From Gekko japonicus (Eukaryota): a stretch of 64,000 nucleotides of DNA. Positions 1 to 11,597 of this stretch are shown here, piece by piece (positions within the stretch are counted from its first letter, which is position 1; the number at the start of each line of letters is the position of its first letter). The DNA lies in assembly GCF_001447785.1 (NCBI RefSeq), contig NW_015160245.1:396032-460031 (forward strand), read 5' to 3'. The notes beneath the pieces were generated by a model, which saw only the letters and a program-made list of their open reading frames with translations, was not told where the DNA came from and searched no databases. The position numbers and the translations under genes are program-made.

Positions 1-3000
1 AAACTTTATAAAGGACACAGACACAATTAAAGATTTTTAAACTTTAAATAAAACATGCTTAAAACACTAGCACTCTTGCAATATTTTGTCTATTTAACAA
101 TATTTTGTCTGATAACTGACACCTCTGGCCCTGAATTATTGCATCAAAATGTCTGTGCTGTAGCAATCTTATGCTGTTCAGGTATGTATCTGTAAGCTGC
201 AAATCTGCTTTTGATGTATTGACATTCATTACAGAAATCTCATGCTCAGTAGTCTAAGCCTAGGACCCAGGGGAAAACATTAAATGGCTGGGCATTGTGA
301 GCTTTTGTACATAAGTTGCTTAATGTGCTGGTCAAGAACATGAGAAGGCATCCTGACACAGACTGAGGGCTATGTGTTCATCTACAAAACTATAGTCTTC
401 CCTAGAGAAAGAACTACAACTTCCTACAAAGAAAATGTGATGAGTGAACTTGGTCTGGACACACACTCTCAACCTAATCCACCTCACTGGATTGTTGTTA
501 TTCCAAATCTAAATAGTTCACATGGCTTTTCTACTGAGAAAGACTGGATCATGAGGGCATGAATACAATGAAAAGGGGGAGGGAACCCAGTTGCACCCAA
601 CAAAACACACACATGGCAGAACGAGCCCAACAGAATACACACACATTGTAGCAAGGCACACAAAACTCATACTTGGAACAAAACTTTGTTGGTCTTAAAG
701 GTGTTACTTGGTATTTCTCCCATGCAATTAAGGCAGCCAAGCAAAGCAAGCTTGCCCTCCTTCCCTTCAGGGAGGAGCCTCAGCCCGTGGAAGGAAATAA
801 AGATTTGCCTTTGTCTCCTGTGTGATTGAGGCAGTCTGACCAGGAAGAAAGCTCTGGCTTTTTCCCTCCCTCCCCCTGGGAGGAGGAGTGGGAGAAGCCT
901 CAGCTAGTTCTTTACCAGACTCTCTCAATTGCACAAGACAGGCTTGCTATCTGTCTCTCCTGTGCAATTGAGAGAGTCTGGTAAAGCAAGCTGTGACATG
1001 GCGGCAGCAGCAGAACTGGAGGAGGAAGCAGGAAACAGCCAGGTTCCTGCAGGCCAGATTGGAGCCTTCCAAGGACCTGATCCAGCCCGCGAGCCACATG
1101 TTTGACATCCTTGCAATAGAGTCCACCCTCCAGAGCAGACATTTTCTCCCGGGGGAACTGATCTCTGTACTCTACAGATCAGTTGTAATTCCAGGAGATC
1201 TCCAGGCCTTACCTGGAGGTTGGCAAAACTGTCAGAGGGGGCAGGGAGCACAGAAGTTATGAGGGAGGACTGTGGTCATAGTTAAAGAGTGGGCTGATAG
1301 TTTAAAAGGTGCAACAAAATGGGGACGGAGGTGGATTTTAAAAGCCTTAAAATGTGACTTACTTTATAGATGGTCCCTTGAATGTATATTGGCAGATACA
1401 AGTAAAATTCTTCCAGACAGCAGGTCTGGGACAATATTTTTAAACAATCATTTTGCAACAGAACATTTAACCAATTTCCTAGAAAAGAAGGAGCACAAAA
1501 ATCACCAAACAGTTTGACTTATTGCTATCATATAACCAGATTTATGGCAGGGCAAAACAGAGACTAAAACAACCAAGAAGAGATTGAATAGAAATGCCTG
1601 GGTCATCTCTGTTAATCAACACATTTAAAATACATGATTGCCCTCTGCTGGATGGAATTTTCAGGGGGGCCCCCCCCAACACAAACACACACACACACAC
1701 TAGTATTATATAGGCTCTTGAGATTCAGGTAAACTAGTTTCCCCCCCCCCTGCTTCTTACATTTAACAAGCTCTACACATTCCCTCAGTTGTTTTTGTCC
1801 TGATAAAAGTAAATAAATAAAGTAGGTGAAGCAACCTCAAGGTGGGGATATCTGAGGACATGCACCAACTGCAAAACAGATGCCCTTTTTAAGATCTTCT
1901 AGAAAGACCATTCCATTCTAACCATGTTTATTCAGCAGCAAGTCACAACACTTTCTATGGGATTTACTCTCACACAAGCTTGTTTAGGAATGGCAGCATT
2001 CAAATTGCATTTAGGGTACAGCATATCCTTGTCCCGGGTCCTCGCAAGTCAGAATATACCATCTCCTCATTCTCCCTCCCTGCTAAAGAGCCATGTGTAC
2101 CTATTGTCTCATTGTGTTGCCATTTAACAAAATTAAGTTCCAAAAATGTTGCAAGTCACTTGCTAAAAATTGAATCGCCAGTTATTGAAGCAGGGACATG
2201 CAAATTTGTTCTTAATGTGTATTTGTAATTATTGTGATTGCACACAAAGCCATGTAATTCTGGGAGCAACTGACCAATTAAGTTTGAAATTGGCCCTTTC
2301 CACGTGACCTGCTTAATTGGAGTGCAGAGCAACCACAACTGTGCATGCAAATTAGGCAGTCCATTGTGAAGGGCTACATGTGAATGGCAATCCTTGGTGG
2401 TGGCATATTACAAAGCAATAATGGCTATCAAAGAAGTTCTTCATGGTAATGTTATCATATCTACATGTATGAGTATAATCTGGTTTGCAAAATGCCACCA
2501 CATTCTAGCATGGACAAAAATGGAAGCCAGGAAGGGCCCATGCAAAGCAGATTCTGAACTGGTGGGCTCAGCAGAAAGAAGCAGGTACAGTGCTGCCTCA
2601 AGTGCACCAATTTAGTTTCTTACATTTAAATGAATGGTTTCTGATCAGTGATGTTGAAGGAAAAGGAAGCACTGCCCTGCAAAATCTGCCCTGAAGAAAA
2701 GTGGCTAGCCAAAACTTGATTATAAAGGGGAGGTGCTATGCGTGTGTGTGCGCGTGCATGCACATGTGTGGATGCAATATTCCCAGAATGCATCTACTTG
2801 GAGGCAACTGGTGCCATTATGAAATGGGGGCACTGGGATGCCAAACTCCAGGTGGGAGCTGGGGATCCCTTGGAATTACAGCTTGTCTCCAAACTACAGT
2901 GATCAGTTCGCCTGGGGAAAATGGATGCTTTGAAGGGTGGACTCTGTGGCATTGTACCCTGTTGAGGTCCCTGTCCTCCCCAGGCTCTATCCCCAAATCT

Positions 3001-5039
3001 CCAAAGTTTCCCAATCTGGATCTGGCAGCCCTATGCCCCCCATCCCCTGCCAGTGGCCAGGAAGAACCAGGCCACCCTAAGACATACCCGACCTGCCAAA
3101 TTCCCACAAGGCCTTACCTTAGGCATCCCACACAAAATAAGCCTGCAAGCCCAGTTCCATCCATGGAAGCCCCTCCTATTGGCCAAGCTAGTAAATGGAA
3201 CCTCCATGTTTGGAGGCATTATACCTGTGTATAACAGGTGGTCAGCCCAAAGAGTGCAGTCCTGTTGCCCTGGCACCATACTGAGCTTCCTAGAAACATT
3301 TGCCTGTCATCCATTAGAAACTGAGTACTGGACTAGATAGCGACAAGAGATACACACAGACAAGAGTACAAGGGAGTAGTTGTTCTAAACCATTTCCCTG
3401 TCCAAAACTTACTAGTCCTGTCCCAATGGTTGCAGCAACACCATGGCATAGCATCCTCTGATTTGCACCCATGTTTACGGGGGGGGGGGGGGAACTAAGC
3501 CGGGCAGCCTCACAGAGCAATGCAGCAAATATTACCACATCAGACTTACAGAATTAACTGCGGCAAACTATGGAAATGGCCTGTAGCTCAGATGGCTTTT
3601 CAAGGATTAGACAAATGGAAGCTAGGACTATCAGTCACAAGCAGCTAAAGAGAACCTCCAGGTTCAGAATCAGCATACATATGAACATCAGATTCTAGGA
3701 ACAAAGCTTTTCATGCCCTTTCTCATTAATTTCAAAATCCGTTGGCAGGAGGAGTTCATGCTTTCATTCTCCCCAACCCCCCAAAAGCAGTTTGTAGCAG
3801 ATATAGTTAGGCAAAAATTATGTGAATGTTTTAGAAACCCTTGGGTGTTAGTGCTAAGTGATCCCCCAGTGATGCTAAATGCCATCTCTGTGGCTGTCCT
3901 GCCATCAAAGTGCAACTTTGGGCAATTCTGCATTGGCTTTTCCTCCACTGTTTCACAAAACCCACGTTGGAACAGAAATTCCCCTCTACACTACATGCCA
4001 CTTTCACTTTCTTTGATCATCGAGCTTTATGGTACCTTCTGCATAGATTTACGGCCGTTCAGGGGGGACTTTGCAGTCAGTACAGTGTTGTCCCGAGGTA
4101 TTTGAATGCGGTTTTGAGCTGTACCTTTTCCTCAGTGTTGAGAAAATGTGGAGCTAATGCTAGATGAAGAATGCTAGATGCATGGCAGAGACCTCTGAGA
4201 CAAAGTTGTATACCATGTCCCCTACCTACTGAATTAGGGGACATCCTGGCTGGGGTGTATGTAGTGCTGGGGGCAGCTGTGATGGAGTGCAGAGAAGGGG
4301 GTGCTTGGTTGCAGCTGTAGTAGGCATCTTGTGCCACACCAGGGTTTGTGGGCAAGGAGGTGGGGGGGGCATTTTGCCTTTTCTATTGTACATGGCTTCT
4401 GTTGGCATAATTTTCTGCCAGTTATGGGGGGTGTTTCTGGCCTGGGTCACTTAAGGAGCCAACTGACTCCTGCCATACCCCTGGGTCTGCCCTTTTCCCT
4501 GCCACCACACAACCTTGGGTAGGCATTGCTCTGTGCCATTGGCACGGTGGCATCCAGCTTGGGCACTGCACCACCAGTATACTCTGATGGCACAACTCAG
4601 AGGTGTACTGGCATCAACTCCTTGTGCACTCCCCCTCCTCCCCAGGATTGCATTGTTAGTCTCACTGCCAGACAATACACAATGTGCTAAAGTGAATGGT
4701 TGAAAGGTTATTGTGATCAGAGAACAATAATTTAAATTCAACAATTGTAAAAGCAATCAAAAATGTATTTTTTGGATTCTGCAAAAAGAATCTGCTAAGC
4801 TTATTCTTTGCCCGTACTGAAATATCACCAAGTATTCATTCCTACACAATCTAGACTCTTAAAAAATTAGGATAAAATGCTGTTGGGGGGGGGGTATGCT
4901 GTTTGTCCTTCCATAATCCTCCCCTCCCTTTTTATTATGCAGATATTTGTTTTTAGTTCTTATTATGCCTCATCAAAAGCTGGTTAGTGTGCTGACTGGG
5001 ACCCTGGTTTAAGCGGCCAGGCCAAAATGATCCAGAACT

Positions 5040-5280
5040 TTGTTGTTGTGATTGCCATCAAGTCACAGCTGAATGATGGTGACCCCCAGAGCGTTTTCAA
5101 GGCAAGACACATTCAGAGGTGGTTTGCTATTGTCTGCCTCCACATCACAGCCTTGGTATTCCCATCACAACCCTGGTATTCCTTGGTGGTCTCCCTTCCA
5201 AATACTAGCCAGGGCCCACCCTACTTAGCTACTGAGATTGGATGAGATCGAGCTAGCCCTGGGCTATCAAAGTCCAGGCA
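5040..5280 (-). mobile_element. 5S rRNA-derived SINE (5S-Sauria-like)
   Basis: Minus strand resembles the 5S internal promoter region (gatctcatccaatctcagtagctaagtagggt...ctggctagtatttggaagggagaccacc), followed by a Sauria/BovB-like tail. Confidence 0.75.
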
Positions 5281-5991
5281 TGATCCAGAGCTATGATTAC
5301 ACAATTCCTTTCTTACCTTGCCTCCAAATTATTGAGGTCAAGAAGCAGACAGCAAAAGAATCAGAACTTGGCAACCAGGCTTTGAGCTATAGGTACATAT
5401 GAGAAATGGGAAATAATATAATGTATAGCAAAATAATTAACTTAGGTCCCTGCCACATGGGGGGAAAGGAACGGGCGAAAGTGCGGCTTTATAAAGCCGC
5501 ACCAAAAGAAACACACGGTGGCGGGATCACATTGATCCCCTGAGCCGCGGCACATTCCCTCCCCGGCAGGATCAGATGCCGAGGGAAGCCATGGTGGGGA
5601 AAGGGAGACTGCCGAACTGCGCATGTCTGAGCATCCACAGTTCAGCCAGGAGCCAGGGATGCGCCGGCAGAAGGATGCGCCGGCGATCCCACGGCCAAGC
5701 TTTGATGCAAGGAGTTTGTAAGCTGCTCTGAGACTCCAAGTGAAGGGAGGGGTATAAATCTTCTTATTATTATTATTCCTCTTCCTGTACATGTAAGCTT
5801 GCCGATGGGAAAACAATGGCTCCCTGGGGTTGTTTCAAGTTCAGACAAAGCCCTCTCTCCTAGAGTTCTCCCAGAGCCAACAGGCCTGGAGAAAAATATC
5901 CTGTCCCTTTAAAAGAGGTGTAATTTGTGGAAATGGGCTGGTAAACTTTTCATGGCATGAAGATAAATAGCATAAGTAGAGTCCCACCTGA

Positions 5992-6195
5992 CCCTGACCT
6001 GAATGGCCCAGGCTAGCCCTGTCTCATCAGACCTTGGAAACTAAGCAACATCTGCCTTGCCTAGTAGTTGGATGAGTGACCATCAAGGAAATCTAGGAGC
6101 ACAACACAAAGGCAGGCAGTGGCAAACCACCTCTGGATGTCTCTTGCCTTGAAAACCCTACAGGGTCACCATAATTCAGCTGCAGCTTGATGGGA
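5992..6195 (+). mobile_element. 5S rRNA-derived SINE, second copy in opposite orientation
   Basis: tctcatcagaccttggaaactaagca...tagtagttggatgagtgacc, then ggcaaaccacctctg...tcttgccttgaaaaccct. Confidence 0.7.
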
Positions 6196-7507
6196 TTTTC
6201 CAGCATCACCAAGTAACTTCCCATTAAGCCTTTAGTGTTTTTCCTCTCCCCATGCCCATGCACTATGGTCCTAATCCAGATCAGGTACATCTATGAATTG
6301 AATTCTGATCATAGAACTCCCAAACCTGGTCTGTCAACAAGATCTGGGGGGGGGGGGGCATGAGGACTGGGTTATGTGCAAACTGGCCTCATTCGTGGTA
6401 CCTAGCCTCTCATGTAGTTTGCCACCTTCTAGCCATCTGCCTGGAAACCCCTACTAATATTCTCCCTCCTTCCCTCCTTACTCCAGCTTCTATAAGGTCT
6501 AGTGGTCTGTGGCTTGTCTTGCTTACCTAGCTTTTGAAAACACAGTGGTTTGAATCCCAAAAATTCAACCATCTTATTTCTTCCTACAGAGAGGGCAGAT
6601 TGCAGAAAACTCTCATGGGATTCCATCAACAAGAAGCTAAAAATTAGAGAACAACAAAATAGGAATTCTAACTCATTTCCTTCCTGTCAGGAGCTTGTTC
6701 ACTTTCCCACAGGTGTATTTATAGAAATACATGAACCAGTGAAATATAGGACATGGTGGATAACCCATCAATAAGATAAAAGGAAGTATTACTTCTGGGA
6801 GTTCTTTCATTTCTACAGAAGCCATATATTCCTGGATCACAATGGGAGTTCTTTAGGAATCCAATTTTAAACAGGAACACTACACATAACTTTATTGTTC
6901 CTCTACTCTTGCATAAAATGGATTGCAAATATGGGGGAGACAGATATTTGCAAAGGAGGCTGTTTACTCCCGGTAAAGGGGAAGGTTGGTTTTGTTTCGT
7001 TCTCATGGTGGGGATCACTCATCTTACAGAGCTGGAAACAAATGATAATTTACCAACACCATTCAATTTTCAGAGCTCAGCTTTTAGAAAATGGCTCTAG
7101 TCCTAAAGTAATTCAGCAGACAATATGCCTCCTCTACAAAACATGCTATAGGACAGCGTCTCTATAAAACAACGAACTTTGGCATTGGCTTCCAGAACAT
7201 TCACATAATTTTTGCCTAACTATATCTGTCACAAACTGCTTTTGCTTTTCACCATCTGGGTCAGAACACAGTTGGTGAACAGCCTAGTTGAAAGCCATAA
7301 GAGATTGATTCACATTATTTTGATATTCATGCAAAAGAATGTCAGAGGACTCACAACAATGGAACTGAGACCACTGCTACTGTAGCAGTAGTTCCCTAAC
7401 AGAGTATCTGAATAAGGCTATTTTTCATTGGATAGTATTAAACAATAGACCCAGGGTAAAGTTAAAACCTGATAATGCAGAGCAGTACAGCTATTAGTTC
7501 CCAAACC

Positions 7508-8186
7508 CAGGGGTCATTTAGTAGAAAAAGAGGTGCAGGAGCTCATTAGTATAACTCATTAGCATAACTTATTTTAGGGTTGCCAAATCGACTCACCCCT
7601 CGGAGCGGGGGAGCCTCGCCGGGGTCCGGGAGTTCTTGACAGACGCGTCACAGGAAGTGACGTGCTACGTGCTCATGTTGGGGGCGTGGCCCACATCGTC
7701 GGGGGGGAACCATATGGTTTTCCCCCCAATGATGTGGGCCACGCCCCCAACATGAGTGACGTGGCTGCATCACCTCTGGTGACGCAGCTTCAGGGGCAGA
7801 GTTCCCACCGGGGCCCGATTCCGCCGCGGCAGAAATCGGGCCTCCGAAGCGGGGGATTCCCCACCCCCTGCCCCCATTTGGCAACCCTAACATTTGCATA
7901 TGCCACTGGACTGTTTTGGATTGCTAGCTATGGGGTGGGGGGAACATGCAGATCTGTCCTCACAGAGGATGGAGAGCTTGTACCTGAATAAAACTTGGTC
8001 TTAAAGGTGCCACTGGACTGTTTTGGGCCGGGGGGGCGGGGGGAGCTCTGCAACTTACCTGGCTGCTTCTTGCTCTGACTGAGGGCTGCTGTGAGCAGGG
8101 GGTGGGGCTTGTTGCATGTGCCCGCTCCCTGGACTCTTTACTGCCGGAGCTCCGCTCCTGTGCGCTCCTGCAGGAAATGACCCCTG
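7508..8186. mobile_element. hAT-type element containing nested insertions
   Basis: Perfect 12-bp TIRs caggggtcattt / aaatgacccctg; degenerate 8-bp TSD cccaaacc / cccgaact. A related left end occurs near 34580. Confidence 0.75.
7575..7889. mobile_element. Nested MITE with 14-bp TIRs
   Basis: tagggttgccaaat ... atttggcaacccta with a CpG-rich interior. Older elements with similar termini lie at about 2833-3033 and 1105-1230. Confidence 0.8.
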
Positions 8187-8794
8187 CCCGAACTACACAC
8201 AATAGCTATTTTTAAAGGCAAATTATAATGATCTTCCATGCCATGAAAAGCTTCAGTTGGTGATTTCAGCACATCAAACCAAGGCCAGCAACAGCATACC
8301 CCTGAAGTGAGCCAGCTGCCTGGGCTTCTGGCAGGGCTCACTGCTGTCAACCCTCCACCTGTATATCAACACTGAGGCCTACGTGCCAGCCCTTACCCCT
8401 CTAACTTGCGAGGGCTCTGTCACCCATACTGTCAGCTGCATATGCTGCCTAGCTCTGCTGAAGATGGGTGTGCAGAAGGTGAACGGTGGTGGCCCTCCTA
8501 GCGGTCACAGCAGTGGCACTCCCAGCCACAAATACCTCCCACTGACATCAAGGAAAGTTGTGCAGGCAGTGTGGGAAGCTGTGAGTGCTGATGGTGGGAG
8601 ACTGCAATGGGTGGGAAAAGGACACAGGTGGGAGGGCTGTTGGTGGCTGGGCATAAGGGGTCCCTGGGCACTGTCTGCCCGGGGCTCACCAAATCCTGGA
8701 ACCAGCCTTGCATCAGATTTTTGTTAAAGAGACAGGAGTAGGACAGACCAGATTTTTCACTGGCCATTTAGTAACCATTAGCAGAAATATAAGA

Positions 8795-9435
8795 CAAGGA
8801 GCGGGACCCGCAATACTCGCAGGGGGGGTGAGGGAGCTCCACACTTATCGGGCAGAGGAGGAAGCAGGAGTAGGAGGTAAGTTCCCCCCGTCCCGCCAGT
8901 TCCCCCCTCTCCTCCACCCCCAGCTTGATCTCACCCCCCTTGGCTCTGAAGCGAGGCCCGGNNNNNNNNNNNNNNNNNNNNNNNNNNNNNNNNNNNNNNN
9001 NNNNNNNNNNNNNNNNNNNNNNNNNNNNNNNNNNNNNNNNNNNNNNNNNNNNNCACTGATCTCTTCTCCCCCTGGCTCCGAAGTGAGGCCCGCGGCTTGC
9101 AGCCACCGGGCCTCACCAGTCTTCCACCCCCGACTCCGAAGCGAGGCCCGGCAGCTGCAAGCCTCGGGCCTCGCTGGTCTCTTCCCCCCTATTCCGAAGC
9201 GCCGGCAGCGGCGAGGCAGTTTGCAGAGTGTTCCCTGCACATGCGCAGGGGACGCTCTGTTACTTTTGGGGGGATTTAAGTATCCCCCCGATATTTTTTT
9301 CAGGTTTTCAGATTTTTGTGCACACCTGGGGACTGCCCCAAGTGACCACGAAAATCTCCCTTCCCCCCAGGTGCCCCCAATGCGTGGATTTAGGTATCCG
9401 CACGCAAGGGGGCAACTTCAGTATTAGTATATAGA
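8795..9435 (-). mobile_element. Probable non-autonomous Helitron
   Basis: Minus strand: A|TCTATATACTAATA start, subterminal hairpin cctgcgagtattgcggg, and CTTG|T end (CTAG-like). No TSD; internal tandem repeats span an N-gap. Confidence 0.6.
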
Positions 9436-11006
9436 TACACTTAAGCAATATTACAGATATGAGAAGTCCAGTGCTGGAGGTTAGTCAAGCAAAATGGAAA
9501 GGTTTGCCCAAGTTCTTGGTTTGTATGTTACAATTGTCACCTTTTTAACAAACAGAGGATCTAACAGTCACGTGACAGGTAGACGTCCATAGGTGAAGCT
9601 TTTTCCAACATGGCAATGCAGTAATGAGGAAAACCTCACCTTCTCCGTTTCTGTCATTTCATCTGTTAAAGGCATGGAGCTACTATTCAGTTTAAAAGGG
9701 GGTGCTATCTTGAATGGGTTTATAACTGTAGGAATGCAAAGAAAAGGGGTGTGGAGGCTTTAATTAACCTGATAATAAGATAACTTCATTCTTCTGACAA
9801 TGGTAAGCACATGTTTAAAAGCAGTATCCAAGGGGCCGTATTAGAATTAGCTAAAACGTGTTAAAATTCACCAACCCCCCAACTCCCCAACAAAGAGACC
9901 CATGAAGATAACACACTAAGATCTTAAACCTGATGTTATATTCACTGGAAACATTTATGTCCCTAATCTTGTTATGGCTCATCTCTCCAGTTCTGGTCAT
10001 GCTGAGCTCATTCAGATCCTCATGGATCTAATTATGCACCAACATATTCCTAATTATGGAGCCCAGCTGGCCCCCAATTTCCATCTCCCCTAGACTGGAG
10101 GCAGGGTCAGGGTATCCAGGCAGCAGCCTGTGAATTTAAAAGTCAGGATGCCTTAGAGACATACTAATAATGCTGGTAAAAGTGCAAATGCAAAGTGTTT
10201 GTATCAGAAACCTCTTTCTAGAAGTTGTTCACGTTGGGAACAATTCAAACTGTGCTTTACAGAACTTATAATAATGGGAGAAGCAACATGCACAGTTCTC
10301 ATTGACTCTGAGCGTTAACTAACCCACCATACCCCTGTGGTTATTTCTTTTATACTGGAAAATATTTAAGATTCATAGGAGAACTTTTGGTCATCACACC
10401 AGAAGAGTGAAAAGTTATCCTGTTGCGAGAAGGTTCATTATGGGAATTTGTCTTTGATTAGTCAAGCTTTCTATGCATCAGTCTAGCTCCTTTTTCATGT
10501 AGCTTTTTTCCAGTTTCCTGCACAATCTATGTGCCTTTCACAGCTGCTGAGCATGTAGTGGTGTCCTCACTCAGCATGGAACCCCAGTTACAGGGAACAA
10601 TGTGCATACCATGCACCTCTGTCAGGAACAAAGGGGGCAGACCTGCTTTGAGGTGGATGCACTATCTCAGATGATCTGCCACATTTACTCCTTACCCTCA
10701 GGAATCTTGACAGCCTGATTCACACATAGAATCTGCATGAATTATACTGCAGTACAGGTAGCCAACCTCCAGCACAGATGCCACAAGTGATACACAGACC
10801 ACAGGGACTTGTGCCACGTGGGCAAAAACAGTAGGGCACAGAGTCAGGGCTGCACCTTTCCTACTTCTCCCAGCTGTCCAGCTCAATAGATAAGGTTAAA
10901 GTCACAACAAGACATGGATGGCTGCTATGTATATTGCTCTAGAACAGCAGTTGTTCATATTTGGGGTTAGGAAGTAATTAGATAATGGGACATAGAGGCG
11001 GCTGTG

Positions 11007-11020
11007 GTCTCTATGGCAAC
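11007..11020. promoter_or_regulatory. RFX X-box motif GTCTCTATGGCAAC
   Basis: Matches the GTYNCY-AT-RGNAAC consensus; function not shown. Confidence 0.4.
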
Positions 11021-11164
11021 AAGCCTTGGTCCTAAGCTTGTTGACTGGACTGAGTGAAGGAACACAGTTGTGTTTTAGAGAGTTTTACTTGCATTTCCAT
11101 TAAAACGGTTCTATATTGTTTGTTAAAACTCCTTGGTTTTAGCTTAATGGAAGAATTAAGAAGG

Positions 11165-11597
11165 TTTTATTTTTATTTTTTTCCCAAAACAATTTTATTA
11201 ATTTTTGTCAAAGATTTAAACAATGTAAACAAGGTTTCTTCACCTGAAAAGGAAGAATGACACTGAAAAACAGTAACATCCTAAACTTTTTGAGTCATCA
11301 GGAGTACAGAATACGGCAATAAAGTTTTAACAGTTATATAACATTATCTTGTATTTAGCCTCTGTAATGGTTTCCTAATCAAACTTTTCAAAGGTTATAT
11401 TTTCTAAAATAGGATACCATTTCCCCAGGGGGTTATATAGCTCACGTTCATTTTGATCACTTGAATTATATATAGATATGGTTTCTAGCATGAAAAAATC
11501 CCATACTTTATGATGCCAGAATTCCATGCTTGGGGGATGACTATCTTTCCAACTTTTAGCTATTGTTACCTTAGCGGCTGTTATTAATATGTTGATT
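11165..11597 (-). mobile_element. 3' fragment of an L1-clade LINE
   Basis: Translates as LITAAKVTIAKSWKDSHPPSMEFWHHKVWDFFMLE...KWYPILEN, like a non-mammalian L1 ORF2 C-terminus, followed by an A-rich tail. Confidence 0.75.

Larger units (their letters stand above)
3782..7244. repeat. 58-bp inverted repeat pair (3782-3839 and 7187-7244)
   Basis: 53 of 58 positions match after reverse-complementing. Confidence 0.85.

Noticed and set aside
660-710. Recurring ttggtcttaaaggtgccactgga-like motif (also ~7990, ~20460, ~35060, ~62380) as a regulatory or CRISPR-like repeat
   Set aside because: Dispersed, diverged and irregularly spaced, consistent with retroelement (Penelope-like) tails in a eukaryotic genome.
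5040-6195. 5S rRNA-like sequences
   Set aside because: Diverged, incomplete and fused to a SINE tail, so not rRNA genes.
8059-8088. Strong-looking 30-nt minus-strand exon, and a donor near 1212
   Set aside because: Both lie inside transposon-derived sequence, so I left them out of the micro-exon chain.
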